Part shown: positions 38,465 to 52,096 of the stretch, piece by piece
Position numbering within the stretch: position 1 is the first letter of the stretch
Layout of the letters: each line of letters opens with the position of its first letter
Assembly: GCA_951406725.2 (NCBI GenBank)
Contig: OX597818.1
Location: 102,858,001-102,922,000 of the forward strand
Source: Octopus vulgaris
Taxonomy: Eukaryota
DNA length: 64,000 nucleotides
Direction of reading: 5' to 3'
Position numbers and translations under genes: made by a program
The notes under the pieces: model-generated
Seen by the model: only the letters and a program-made list of their open reading frames with translations
Databases searched by the model: none
Told to the model about the DNA's origin: nothing

Positions 38465-39205
38465 CGGTTCACTTTGAACATTTTGGACAAAATTTGGTAT
38501 TTTAGAAGTTATTTTGTGTTAAAGTTGACGCATTTGGATAATTTCAACCAATCAATGATATGTATTCAGTTGAAGAAAGCTACTACTGCTTGCGATAGTA
38601 ATAGAAGAGGAACTTCTGGGCCACCTCTACTAAATGTCACCACTCTGTTCTATTTTATTTATTGTTTACTGCCTGTGTTGTATATTACATGCCTTTTTTT
38701 TTTGATTCTCGTGTCATAACCAGTAAACATCAAAGAATCAACACCAAGAAGGAAGAAATATTATTCATATATATTTATACGTTTACCTGACATTGGTGTT
38801 TTACCTGCACATAAAGTGCAACAGTGTTTAAAAGACCTATAGAGCTATGAGTCTGCAGTTAGCTTTTTCGGCGTTGATGTATATGTAATTTCAAAATGCC
38901 CTATTTTACAACTATGAGATGTATTGTCATTGTTATCATTTTATCTAACTGTAATCAACAAGAAACACATTTTGTCTATATAAAAGTCTTTATTTGATTA
39001 AAGATGGCATTGTCTTCATTCGACATACGAATAGAACAGAGGGGACATTTAGCAGAGACGATACGGAAGTTGTTCATTTTCAATTACTATCGCAAACAGT
39101 AGTAGCCTTCTTCAACCAAATACACATCACTGATTGGTTGAAATTACCCAAATACAACATGAAATAACTTCTAAAATACCAAATTTTATCAAAAATGTTC
39201 TGAGT
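38465..39205. mobile_element. Old inverted-repeat (MITE-like) element in intron 2
   Basis: ~38475-38603 is the diverged reverse complement of ~39083-39200. Confidence 0.7.
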
Positions 39206-39224
39206 AAAACTGTGCTGTGCGAAT

Positions 39225-39531
39225 TACATTATTTACATTTGACGGATATTTGCTCTCATGTTTCAGCTGATAAATCCTCCAGCCTTCGGGCATATGGCAT
39301 AGTGGTTAAGAGCACTGGCTACTAACCCTAGGATTCCGAGTTGAATTCCAGGCAGTGACCTGAATAATAACAACATCGAAAAATAACATGAACCCAGGTT
39401 CAAAATATCCCCCAAGACACCTCATGAAGGTTGGAGAGTATATTAGCAAAAACGTTGAGTAAATAACAAACAAGATGAGGACAAATATCTTTCAAATGTA
39501 AATAATTCCTCATCTCTTAAATATAGAACTG
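39225..39531 (+). mobile_element. tRNA-headed element with a degenerate hammerhead and a 5' inverted segment
   Basis: Head GGGCATATGGCATAGTGG... from 39288; degenerate hammerhead at 39416-39460; 39225-39287 is an inverted copy of its own 3' part. Confidence 0.75.
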
Positions 39532-40559
39532 GGCGTTCCTTTGTTTTAACTTGACAATTCACTTTGGATATCTTCGTGACCCACGAAAATTTGCAGATTA
39601 TACATACACAGATGAAGCAGATAAGAACAAATATGCAAGGCTTTTTGCTGGCATAATTTCATTATATCTATATTCCACAACACATTAATACATAAAAACA
39701 GAACACGCACTCTGTTATGGAGGTCACAACGATATCCGAAGGGAATTGTCGAGTTAAAACAAAGGAACGCCATATTAAAAAGAATTTAAAAATCTGTGAG
39801 CCAAACAGAACAGAACAGATCCTACCCAGGACTATAGGAAATACTTCACCCTTTCACTACATTTCTGTTGAAATACTCTTTGAAACATGCGTTCTCAAGC
39901 ACATTGGCAACAAAAGGATTAATTTAGGTGCTGTGTAGTGGGAGTGAAACCAAAACCACGTGGTTATGAAACAACCATCAGAAATGAAGTTATTAAACGT
40001 ACTAGTTGGAGCATGGCAAATATAATGTATTGTAGACATTACAGCTGAGTACTTTTCTACACTAGTAGATGATGGGTTGTGCTCATAGCAGAAGTATGAA
40101 GGGGAAATCCAGAACACAAACTATACAAAGGATGCCAACAAATTGGGTAACATTTACAACTGTAAGAGTGGACAGATACTATATATTTAAAAAACAGAAA
40201 ATCACCAATAAACATACAAAAAAGGCACTACATAGGAATATGGCTGAGAGCAGAACTTAAGGAAATTCAAATAATGAGCATCTGAGAAAGAAAAAAAAAA
40301 AAAAAAAACCTAGCTCAGTTTAACATGGAAAGGATTTTACAAAAGCAGGAGACAAAACTCTACTAGTAAATACAGGCACACTATGTCATAGTTGCAACTC
40401 TGCTTTTATGGAAAATTAAGTGAGTTTCAATATTTATTGCCAAGCTAATATTGCAGTCCAGAAATATAGGACAAATGCTGCCGTTGATTAGCTCCAAGAG
40501 GCCATCACCTCTAGCTATCTAAGTCACACACGAACCTGTGTCCATTATAACCTTCGAAC

Positions 40560-40930
40560 ATCATCAATCATCATTGTTCGACCGTGGTCGAGACAATGGA
40601 ATTTACCATGCTACGCCAGACTTCACGGTCCATCATGGCATTACGGAGGTCCTGTTGCTGGATGCCTGTATCCCTGGAGATTACATCAGGGTAGGAGAGT
40701 GTGCGCCCTCTGGTATTGCAAGTAAATGGCTTCCAGAGAAGAGCAAAAATTACCACTTTTTCAGCTCTACAACAATGTCCAGCAAACTGGACTCTCCTAC
40801 CTTTCACAAGAGATGACACAGATGGTAGTTTCCCATATATTTGCGTTTTGGTTGGATGGCGGTTCCACGAGAAATTTTGAGCTCTCATAAGGAGGCGAGT
40901 GTAGGTTCCATCCAACCGCCTCTCCTTCGA
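40560..40930 (-). mobile_element. RTE-clade LINE 3' fragment in intron 2
   Basis: ORF 40571-40915 (DGTYTRLL...FAGHC...MMDREVWR); (TGA)n tail. Confidence 0.85.
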
Positions 40931-41403
40931 ACAGATGAGGTCACATATAATGGACGCAGGACTGCCACATTAGCTTGGTGATAACTATTAATATCCAGTA
41001 CCACTGCCGTAGTCTCCTTTACAGAGTCTTAGAAATATCAATATTTCTATAAGTAAATTTCAATTTTTATATAAATATACACAAGCCAAAAACATTTAAT
41101 ACATATGCTCAGCTACTCTATTTCTGTTTTCCTTTATAAAATTCTGATTTTACCATGCCAGACGTTGGCATCCTCAACACATTCGTTCCTCTTCATCTAG
41201 ATGGTTTCCACATGTAATTACCCAAATTTTTGCTAACATTAATCACAATTTATTCCTTTCATACTGTACAACTGCCAAACTGACATAACCACATTCTTAT
41301 GTGTGAAGCAATAAACGTAACTACTTTTTATTTCCATCTATTACTATCAAAACCAGAACAGAAAAGGTTTGATGGAAGGAGGAGAAATGCACAAAATACT
41401 TAC

Positions 41404-41506
41404 CTTCCCTGGCTGTAATTGAATCCATCACATCCATTGTGGTGGTGGATGAATGCATGTCCAGGGCCAGGGTCTTCCCAGCCAAATTCAATACAAAGAG
41501 TTGCAT
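41404..41506 (-). CDS. UBA52: Ubl-eL40 fusion, coding exon 1 (MQLFVLNLAGKTLALDMHSSTTTMDVMDSITARE-G)
   Basis: Acceptor tttcag|ATACGAAAATG (exon starts 41514); 103 coding nt; donor G|GTAAGT; aligns to ubiquitin residues 1-35. Confidence 0.95.
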
Positions 41507-44500
41507 TTTCGTATCTGAAATGAGAAGTCAACAATATCACTGTCTGCATAATATAGTGAAAACAGACACTTCTCCAGATCAACTGCAACGAAGACCCACT
41601 CCATAAATAATTTACAAAGCTAATTCCCCAAACCCAGATTATTAAAATTAGCAAACTCGGAAGAAAATATGAATTTTTGGAAACTTTTAGCACCATAGGG
41701 TATTAGAGAATCCAGATTACATATTCCACTGACTTACCTATCAGCCCTTCATCTAGGTATTAACACCTTTTTTCCCTCAGATGTAGTCTATAATGTTATA
41801 CATGTATTCCCACTACTGGGCAATTTGCTTTTGATGTCAGATCATATCTATAGCAGCATCTTTACTTTTTAATTAGTTTACAAATCACCATCATCACCCT
41901 CAGGTCTGCTCACCATGCTGGCATGGATGGGATGATTTGATAGTTGACCAGCTTAGGAGCTGCCAGGGCTCCATTTGTCTGTTTTGGGGTGGTTTTTACA
42001 GCTGCATGCCCTTTCCAATGGTAACCACTTTACAGAGCATACTAGATACTTTAACGTGGCACCACAAGATGGAGATCTCTCAGCTAAGTAAGGGATGTAT
42101 GCATAGACAGCCAAGATTTTATTTAGTTTAGCATATCTTCTCAAGTACAGCAAACCAGTTCCTTATGTCATCTATGAGGCCCAACATCAGATCTTTCCTC
42201 ACCACTTCATCTTCGGTCTCCCTGGATCTACCCTCTTTTACATGTTCCCTCCCTTTAACTTCTAAGAATTAAATTTGATTCAGTTACAATCACTATATAT
42301 ATATATATTCACTATTGGACAAAGAGAAACACTGCTCAGTGGGATGCTGGTTCTCTGAACACTAAACCTTTTGGCATACATGATACTTTAAATACTAAAA
42401 TACAAAGCCTTGTTTTTAAAGAGCTTATATTGAAATTCAAATTTTCTAACATTATAAGCTATGTATGCATAGCTTAATTCTTAATTCCTTTTCACCATTG
42501 AAAGTTTATCAACACTTCATAATAAATCTAAATTTCAACTCAAAGTACATACACTGAACAAAATTGATCAATGCAATTTTCAAATGTTGCAATGGGGAAA
42601 AGTTACTTAGAACAACCAATAACTTCTACATACAAGAATAACATAATCCATGAATAAAGTTAACCCAATTTGCCTGTGATGCTCCAGGTTTTATGATACT
42701 AAATTCCTGTTTTAAATTATCTAATTTAAAAAACATAAAAATTTTATTACATACCAAATATTTCTTTATTATTATTTTCACAATTTATTGAAGCAAAAAG
42801 TGTTTACAATAGAAATATGGTAACTAATAATTTGTGGGTTTCAACATAATTCCAGAAAAGATTGAAATTTTCTGCAACATTGACTTAAGGATAGGATTCT
42901 TGACATCTAGTTTAGCATGATATGCAGAACTAAGTTCAAATGTAAAATTGTTTGAATTGATACAAGAATAAAACACCTTTCTGGCAACATTTGAAAGTTG
43001 AATCCAATCTCAACCAAACAAATCTCTCACAAGGCTTTGAACCCCAAATATTTCACATCACTTATATAATAAAAGTTTTTCTTATCCCCTTAAACCTACA
43101 AAAATTCGATATTACTTCCCTACCCCCACGAATTCAGCTGTTTCAGACACGTGATTTATACACTGTGCTTCACATAGCAGAGGGCAAAAAGAAAATCGTC
43201 ACTACATTGTGTAGAATTCTGCACAACGCCAGCAATTTTTCAGGGGAAGGGGAAAGTCGGTTAAATGTCAAAAGAAAGGCAAAGTTGATGAGCAAAATGG
43301 TTATCAATGACACCGGTTTCCTATACGCTATCTTTTAAATTAGTGCACATGACTACGAACGTAAAAAATTTAATATCTACGTCTCATCTGCCACCTATAT
43401 AAAATATAGATGGGAAGCATAATAATCATACAGGAGAAAAACAATATATACTAATTGTACACGACCTTGACCTACAGATTACGTTACTAATAACCGACAA
43501 ACATCCAATTAGTTTAAAAGGGTGTTAAGACTCGGCATTTTATTCCTTTATCCATTCTAATATATACCTTCGATCATCAATAAATTATTTCAGCACTAAG
43601 GATATACACGCCCAGAGTTCGGAGATCAGAGCTCTTACGGAGTATAAAAGGGCTAATAAACGGTATTCTTCAGATCATAAGTACCTGAAGTTTATATGTA
43701 TTCAACACAATAAAGTCGTTGTTGTAAACATTTAACATATCCCTATAAGCTTTGAAAACAACAAATAAAATTCATAATTAACATTTTAAATATTAAACCG
43801 TCTTAAAATCGTCCTTGGTCCTGCAAGACAAACTTCCATTTGTTGCAATGACCCCCCAGCAGGATACACCAATTTACTCTCCACCAGCAGCTTAAATAAT
43901 GACAACCCTATCTTCCTACATTCTCTAATATTCTGAACATTAATTGAAGCATAATTTATATCCATATACATAATAGATATCTCCATATCTTGACAAGCAA
44001 CAATACACGAAATTCTCGGCCCTTGAGTCAGTCTTGAACGGCCAAATTACCATATTATACGTGTATAATATGGTATATTATATATATATAAGAAAGGATT
44101 GCGTAATGGGATAATGCCGGACACCTTTGGGTCTCAATGACACGAGAGAGAGATGATTATGATATATATGAACATACACGTTGGAGTTCTATTTTCCTGG
44201 TCGTATCACAAAACCTATTTGTATATGCATGTATATAAATACAACAAAATATCTATCTCCCTGGATAGAGAGGAAAAGGCAGCAGCAGCTTAGTAAAGAG
44301 ATTACTAGCAATTAATGCTATTATCTTGATAGATTAACAAATAACTAAAGTGTTCAACGACATCTTAACCGACTCCGAGTCCGACACGTGGTGTAGCACG
44401 GCAACTACCACGAAACAAATATACAAAGAAAAGACATACACGCTGATTTATGTACAATATAAACAGGTGAGAGGTATTTAGCAACGGTTAGGGTTTAATA

Positions 44501-44584
44501 AAATTACATTTTAATGCTTAAAAGATCCATAAATAAGGAATAAATGCACAAAAATATGCGACGTAAAATAAAATGGTGACTTAC

Positions 44585-44608
44585 CTCAAGTTGAAAAACG
44601 AGAAAGAG
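44585..44608 (-). other. UBA52: Non-coding exon 1 (5'TOP leader) of the Ubl-eL40 gene
   Basis: Minus strand reads CTCTTTCTCGTTTTTCAACTTGAG|GTAAGT: a polypyrimidine TCT/TOP start followed by a consensus donor (GT at 44584-44583). TSS is approximate. Confidence 0.8.
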
Positions 44609-44700
44609 ATGGGGACTATGAACTTCCGGCACGGCTTCGTTCACCCGACAGAGGTCACATCCGCTACGTCATAACCGCTTACAAACTGCTATTCCCGTAT
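44600..44700 (-). promoter_or_regulatory. Ribosomal-protein-type core promoter: TCT initiator and ETS/GABP-like site
   Basis: TCT motif near 44601-44610; GCCGGAAGT at 44622-44630 just upstream; locally CpG-rich; no clear TATA box. Confidence 0.65.
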
Positions 44701-46483
44701 TCTTACTGCACGGAATGTATTTACCGAACACTATATCAGCTGTCGTGTTGCTTTCAGTTGACTACTGCATTCCTTGATAGTAGTAGTCTTTCTTCTAAGC
44801 TGCAGCCTCTTTCTCTCTCTCTCTCTCTCTCTCCATCTATCTAGATATTATGTTTATATATATGCATATACATATATAGGCTTGGTGATGTAACCAAGAA
44901 TTCCAAAATCGGTGTATATATATATATATATTTGTATTCTACTCACAAGTATGTATATGTATATATTTGCATTCTACACACAAGTATATACTCTTTTACT
45001 TCTTTCAGTCATTTGACTGTGGCCATGCTGGAGCACCGCCTTTAGTCGAACAAATCGACCCCAGGACTTATTCTTTGTAAGCCTAGTACTTATTCTATCT
45101 GTTATTTTACCGAACCGCTAAGTTACGGGTATGTAAACACACCAGCATCGGTTGTCAAGTGATGTTGGGAGAGGACAAATACAAACACACATACATATAT
45201 ATACATATATACGACGGGCTTTATATATATATATAATTTATTATTTTATCTAGTTTCGGCGCATGTGCTGTGGCCATGCTGGGGCACCACTAGTTGGTAT
45301 TGCTACATAATTTTACTTCAGGAACGTTTTTTAGGGAATTGATACCTGGTGCATGAGAGAGTTTGCTTCGGCTGCCCTCATCTGCACCTCCTGCCGCGAA
45401 GTTGGTTCATCTGGTTCAAATATATTTATATAATTTTTTAATAAAATTTTACGAAAATATTTGTTTTTTTTTAGATGTTTTGGTTGATTTTTCGAATTTT
45501 TCTTTAAATCCCAGTGATAGACTATTAAATCTTTACTCTAGGCACAAGGCCCGAAATTCTTGGAGAGTGGGTGGGGGGTCCATTAGATCTATCCAGCACG
45601 CAACTGGTACTTAATATATCGACCCTGAAAGGGATGAAAGGCAAAGTCGACCTCGGAGGATCTGAACTCAGAATGTAAAGATAGACGAAATATCGCTAAC
45701 CATTTTGCCATGTGTTCATGGAGAGAAAGATGTTGAAAAATGCCAACGCGTCAAACTGGGAAATGAGGAGGGTGTGAAGTGGTCGTGACGTGCGCTAAAA
45801 ATAACAGCTAATTAGGGTTTAAATCACGGAATGAATAGGTTTTTTTCTTAGTTGTTACATAATCGTTAGAATTCAGTGCGTAGAACATAAATTCGCAGAA
45901 GTTTGCTGAAAATTCCAAAATATAAAAATAAATTGAGGAGTTAGATGAGGTACGTAAAGAAGAATTCCATCTAAATCTCAAAACAAAGGCAAAACGAATA
46001 ATTTTAGACATACGCGTAACAATTAAGAAAAAAAAACGAAAGGCTAAAATTTAGGGTTATGGTTAGGGTTAGTGACAGGATGTTGTCTCAGTTTTAGACG
46101 CAGCAAAGGATTTTAGCTAAATAGAGGGCATAGGATTTGTTAAAATTCGAAAAATTAAACTACGTTAAACTTACAAATTACAATTTTCTCAAGAAAGCCA
46201 AGAGAAAAAAATGTTTTATTTTGACACATTCTACCAGTATACGAAGTTTAAAAGTGTTTAGTTAACTAGAAATTGTGTTGAAAAGTGCCGTTCAAAAGGA
46301 AAAGATCCATATCGCTTGACAACCGATGCTGGTGTGTTTACGTCCCCGTAACTTAGCGGTTTGGCAAAAATGACCGATAGAATAAGTACTAGGCTTCCAA
46401 ACAATAAGTCCTCGGGTCGATTTGCTCGACTAAAGGCAGTGCTCCAGCATGGCCGCAGTCAAATGACTGAAACAAGTAAAAGA

Positions 46484-46526
<43 letters not shown>

Positions 46527-47839
46527 TAACACACACACGAACACAACACGCTTCTTTCAGTTTTTCTATCAAATCCACTCGCAAGGTTTTGGTCGGCTCC
46601 TGGCTACAGTGGAAGACATTTACCCAAGGTGCCACGCAGCAAGACAGAACTCGGAACCATGTTGTTGGGAAGCACCTGTATGCATAATGGATTGCCATAA
46701 GTCCACTAAAAGTGTTACCATTCCGTTTTTTTAAAAGAGACATTCCACTCGCGATCATCTTGTCTTCTACTTGTGACTATTTCGTCAGAAATGTCTGGAA
46801 ATGCATAATTTGTTGAACGATTTTGTTTACGCCGAAGTCTATAGTTTTGCTTATAAATTTAATAAAAAACAAAAACAAAAGAGTTCGGCTCGTTTTCCGC
46901 TCGCCACTCCTCGATTTTTATATTACGTCACTAGCAATTTTTTTCACTCTTTGTGGTTTTTTTTTTTTTTTTGCTCTCCAATTTCTATTAGAAACATCAA
47001 TATTATGTAATTTCCATTGTCGTTAACGTATATCTGCAAACAAAAATGTATATCGCTTTATCCACCAGACTAACTGTTGTTATACATCACTGGTCACAAT
47101 GCGCTTCCAATTCTTTCTGAATTTCGCCACTGTTATCCATCTTGCCTCAAATCGTATTACCATAGTTGCGTCATGAATAATCAATTCTACAATAGGCACA
47201 AGGCCTGAAATTTGGGGGAGGAGGATAGGCCTCAGTACTCAACTGGTACTTATCGACCCCGAAAGGATGAAAGGCAAAGTCGACCTCGGCGGAATTTGAA
47301 CTCAGAACGTAATGGCAGACACCCGGCGTACTAACGTTTCTTATTTCTTTATTGCCCACAAGGGGCTAAACACAGAGAGGACAAACAAGGACAAACGTGG
47401 ATTTTTTCCGATCTCTTGGATATCACTCAGCAACTGTACTGGTTCACCTGTTTAAAATGCACATTTTTTTCTCTTTCCTTTCTTTTGTTTTAAAGTTGTA
47501 TTAGCGTAACCAGAATCAAGGCCCTTAGATACGTATCTCCGAAAAAATTTCATCCAAAGCAAAGGTTTCTTTTCAAGAAGTTATGAGGAAACAAAGTCGA
47601 ATGGAACCCCAAACTTTAGATATACCTCTTTTGATATAAATATATGGATCTGTTCAGTTTGGCTTAGAGATTTTTTTGATTATTTTGTTTATTTCCTCGT
47701 GTTTCTTTCTGTTGAAGAGCGTAGGCTCAAAATGTAAAAGACTTTTTCCCCTTCCTGGGCGTTAAACTAATACACCTGTTTGTTGTTCATACACCTGTCT
47801 TCGACTTTCCTTTTTCTGTAATCTATATATAAATTCTAG

Positions 47840-47889
47840 CAAAAACTGTCTGATGAACGGCAACGAGAAACTCAGAGTAACAGATTTTG
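47840..47889 (+). ncRNA. Minimal type I hammerhead motif
   Basis: CAAAAACTGT-CTGATGA-ACG GCAA CGA-GAAAC-TCAGA-GTA-ACAGATTTTG; one mismatch at the base of stem II. Confidence 0.7.
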
Positions 47890-49365
47890 TTGAATTTTCT
47901 GCTGCTTTAAATAAAGTATAAATATATATATATAGAGAGAGAGAGAGAAGGAGAGAGGGAGAGAGACTTCAACTTACATCGCCTTGAGTTGAGTCTCAAG
48001 TCATTTTCTAGGGTTAGGGAATTAAAGAATTTAATGAAAAAACAAACAAACAAACAAAAACACTAAACGTCAACTTCAGTCGATTTATCCAACGTTACGT
48101 CGGTCTCTCTATGCTTAAGAAGCATAAATTTAAAAGAAAAAAAAAACTCCTGAAAACCAATACTGAAGTGGAAATATATTTTTTAAATGTGTAAAATTAT
48201 GTAGAAATCATTCATTAAAACAGTTACATATTAAAAATCTGTTTGAAATATTGCCTCCGTGTTACGTCTTTTGTATTTTATTTTAGTTGAACGAATTACT
48301 GACGGATGTTCGGGATGTGTCTTTATATGGGTTCTTAGCAATGTAATTTGATTATACATTTGTTAAGGAAGGGACGTTAGCACAATCGGTTGAGTGTCGA
48401 ATTAGTATATTTTGCTTTATTCCAGTTCGTTACGTTCTGAGTTCAAATCTATGTACCTCAATTTCATTGTTTTATTCTTCCGAAGTGTCGAGAAATTTAC
48501 TGTTTCCTACACCAAAAGTTGATGGAGGCACAATGTGGTTAGGGCAGCAGACTCGCCGTCGGAGGATCGTGGTTTCGATTCCCAGACCGGACGTTGTGTG
48601 TGTTTATTGAGCGAAAACACCTAAAGCTCCACGAGATTCCGGCAGGGGGTGGCGGCGACCCCTGTTGTACTCTTTCGGCCCAACTTTCTCTCACTCTTTC
48701 TTCCTTTTTCTTGGCTAAAGCTGCGATGGACTGGCGTCCCGTCCAGCTGGGGGGAACACATACGTCACAGAAACCGGGAAACCTGGCCCATGAGCCTGGC
48801 TAGGCTTGAAAAGGGCGCATAAATATATAACACCAAAAGTTGACACCTCATACCTAAATAAGAAGGGCATACTTTTGTTAGTAGGGGAAGTTTAAGTCTC
48901 AGAAATTTAAATCTTTCATAACTGAATATAACTAATTTAACTTTCGCTTGCGTTTAAACAACTACATCGATCGATGTGTGCACGGAGAATTAAAACATGT
49001 TTTTTCTGAAGGCGTTCCAGCCGTGTGCATTCCGTCTTTACAAGGCTTTCCAAGCAAGAATTCTCCCCACTTTTAAATGCATTCTAACGGTAATTATCCT
49101 ATCTTCACAAAGGCATTCCAAAATTAACCATCCCGTATATCGCTAGTTATTATTGTTGATGAGTCCCGGGTCAGCTCGCAAAGGCATTAGCGACGTGAAT
49201 ATCTATGGATTTTTAACAGACGAAATTTAACGACTAACAAGGAATGTAACTGTTGTTTCTAGCACATTGGGCAACAGTAATGCAAAAACACACGCAAATT
49301 TGTCTCTTTGTTCATTCCCCACCCCGGCTTTGATCAAGTACAAAATATGGGTACTACTTAAGAAG

Positions 49366-49961
49366 AGTGGTTCCGGTGCGCGCACTCGCCTACTCGCGCT
49401 TCCGCGCTAGCTAGTCGTAACTAGTCGATCCTACAACGACTACCTAGCAAAGTAAATAAAACACAAAATAAATAATTTTTTACACAAAGTATATAATAAT
49501 TTGGATCTTTTCACTTAAAAAATCTTTGTTTGAAAAAAGCCCGTCGCATATATATATATATGTCCGTGTTTATTGTGTCGTCTTCTAAGAGTTATACGTT
49601 CTTGTCCATGTTGTATTTTTCTACATACCTTAATATATATATATATATATGTGTGTGTGTGTTGTATATGTTTGTCCCCCCCCCCCACCACAATCGCTTG
49701 ACAATCGATGCTGGTGTGATTACATCCCCATAACTTAGCGGTTTGGCAAAATAAACTGATAGAATAAGTACTAGGCTTACAAAGAATAAGTCCTGGGGGG
49801 AGATTTGCGTAACTAAAGGCGGTGGCTCCAGCATGGCCACAGTCAAATGACTGAAACAAGTAAAAGAGTAAAGTAAATAAAACAAAGTAAGGATCGACTA
49901 GTCAGGACTAGCTAGCTAGTGCGGATGCGTGAGTACGCGAGTGCGTGCCCCGGGACCACTA
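49366..49961. mobile_element. GC-rich inverted-repeat (hAT-like) element with a nested SINE
   Basis: AGTGGTTCCGGTGCGCGCACTCGC...CTAGTCGATCCT / AGGATCGACTAG...GCGAGTGCGTGCCCCGGGACCACT. Confidence 0.75.
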
Positions 49962-51831
49962 TACCCAAAATATGACTGTCTCTTTTTTTCCCAGTCAACA
50001 TAAGTTGAACCACACTATCAGATGTCTTTAAAAAGGTATGGTGCGACAAGGAACGTTTGGACCTAAAAGGAACGAGATGACTAGGGTTTTAAAAGGACAT
50101 ATGATTACAGAAGTGGTGGAATTCTTTTAAAAACCGGTGGATCGCTGTTGGAACGCATCGAAATGACGCACTTAGTTGCGTCATGAATAATCAATTCTAC
50201 AATAGGCACAAGGCCTGAAATTTGGGGGAGGGGGATAGGCCTCAGTACTCAACTGGTACTTATCAACCTCGAAAGGATGAAAGGCAAAGTCGACCTCGGC
50301 GGAATTTGAACTCAGAACGTAATGGCAGACGCCCGGCGTACTGACGTTTCTTATTTCTTTATTGCCCACAAGGGGCTAAACACAGAGAGGACAAACAAGG
50401 ACAAACAAACGTGGATTAAGTCGATTATATCGAACCCAGTGCATAACTGGTACTTATTTAATAGGGCGGCGAGCTGGCAGAAACGTTAGCACGTCAGGCG
50501 AAATGCTTTGCGGTATTTTGTCTACCGCTACGTTCTGAGTTCAAATTCCGCCAAGGTCGACTTTGCCTTTCATCCTTTTGGGGTCGATTAAATAAGTACC
50601 AGTTACGCACTGGGGTCTAAATAAGTACCAGTTACGCACTGGGGTCGATATAATCGACTTCATCCGTTTGTCTGTTCTTGTTTGTACCCTCTGTGTTTAG
50701 CCCCTTGTAGGTAATAAAGAAATAGGTACTTATTTAATCGACCCCGAAAGGATGAAAGGCAATGTTGACCTCGGCAGAATTTGAACTCAGAACGTAGCGG
50801 CAGACGAAATACCACTAAGCATATCGCTCGGTGTGTTAACGTTTCTGCTAGCTCGCCGCCTTCGATAAAGTAAATATTAGTTGAGAACTGGGGTCGATGT
50901 ACCTATTTCTTTACTACCCACAAGGGGCTAAACACAGGGAGGAACAACAAGGACAGACAAACGGATTAAGTCGATTACATCAACCCCAGTGCGTAACTGG
51001 TACTTAATTTATCAATCCCGAAAGGATGAAAAGCAAAGTCGACCTCGGCGAAATTTGAACTCAAAACTTAACAGCAATCGAAATACGGCTACGCATTTCG
51101 CCCGGCGTGCTAACGTTTCTGCCAGCTCGCCGCCTTCGATAAAGTAAATATTAGTTGAGAACTGGGGTCGATGTACCGTTAAGTATTTCGCCTGAAGTTT
51201 TAACGATTCTGCTAGCACCCTACCTTATGCGTCATGAATACTATGTACATGCGCGCGTGAAATTGCACATGCGCAAAGACACAAGAGCTTATATTTTAAG
51301 AATGTAGCAGCAGATGAAATACCTGTAAGCATTTCGTCTGATGTGCTAACGATTCTGCCAGCTCGCCGCCTTTTTCCCCTCAATACCTTATCAATTTGCT
51401 GTTCATGCACACTAACATTACACATCCAATGAAACATACCAGCTTCAGTCCTCTTTCGTCTTCACATATTCTCTGCATTCAGTGCCCACATTTCACTGCC
51501 ATGTGGCAATACTGTTCATACATAGGCATTGTACAGTCTACTATTCACTCAGCCAGAGAGAGACCATGTTGCAAATAGCAATAATAGCTCTCTAGACTTC
51601 CTCCATTCTTTTCATGTTCTTTTATCCTTTTACATGTTTCAGTCACTTGACTGCAGCCATATTGGAGAACCCTCTTATAGTTGAGCAAATTGACCCTGGG
51701 ACTTTGTAAGCCTAGTACTTATTCTATTGGTCTCTCTTGCCAAACCACCAAGTTTTGGGGACATATACACATCAACATTGGTTGTCAAGTGATAGTGAGG
51801 GTGACAAACACAGACACAAACACACACACAC

Positions 51832-51877
<46 letters not shown>

Positions 51878-52096
51878 ACATGACAGGATTCTTTCAGTTT
51901 CTCTCAACCAAATCCACTCACAAGGCTTTGGTCAGCCTGAGGCTATAGTAGAAGGCACTTGCCCAAGGTGGCACACAGTGAGACTGACTCCAGAATTATG
52001 TGGTTAGGAAGCAAGCTTCTTACCACACAGCCACACCTACTCTAAGAGCATCCTCCTCCACTGCTAATTAGGTCACCCAGGCAACAAAAACCATCT

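Noticed and set aside
41321-41506. Calling the gene FAU (FUBI-eS30) because of the MQLFV start
   Set aside because: The downstream exons encode eL40 (IIEPSL...CRKCYARL), not eS30.
44055-44080. 12-bp-arm palindrome in intron 1
   Set aside because: Short and AT-rich; no further support for function.
41515-44584. Intronic snoRNAs expected in a ribosomal protein gene
   Set aside because: No convincing C/D or H/ACA box pair with a terminal stem found by eye; needs snoscan or Infernal.
47705-47742. Possible minimal hammerhead (TTGAAGAGCGTAGGCTCAAAATGTAAAAGA)
   Set aside because: Both core boxes deviate from consensus; too degenerate to call.
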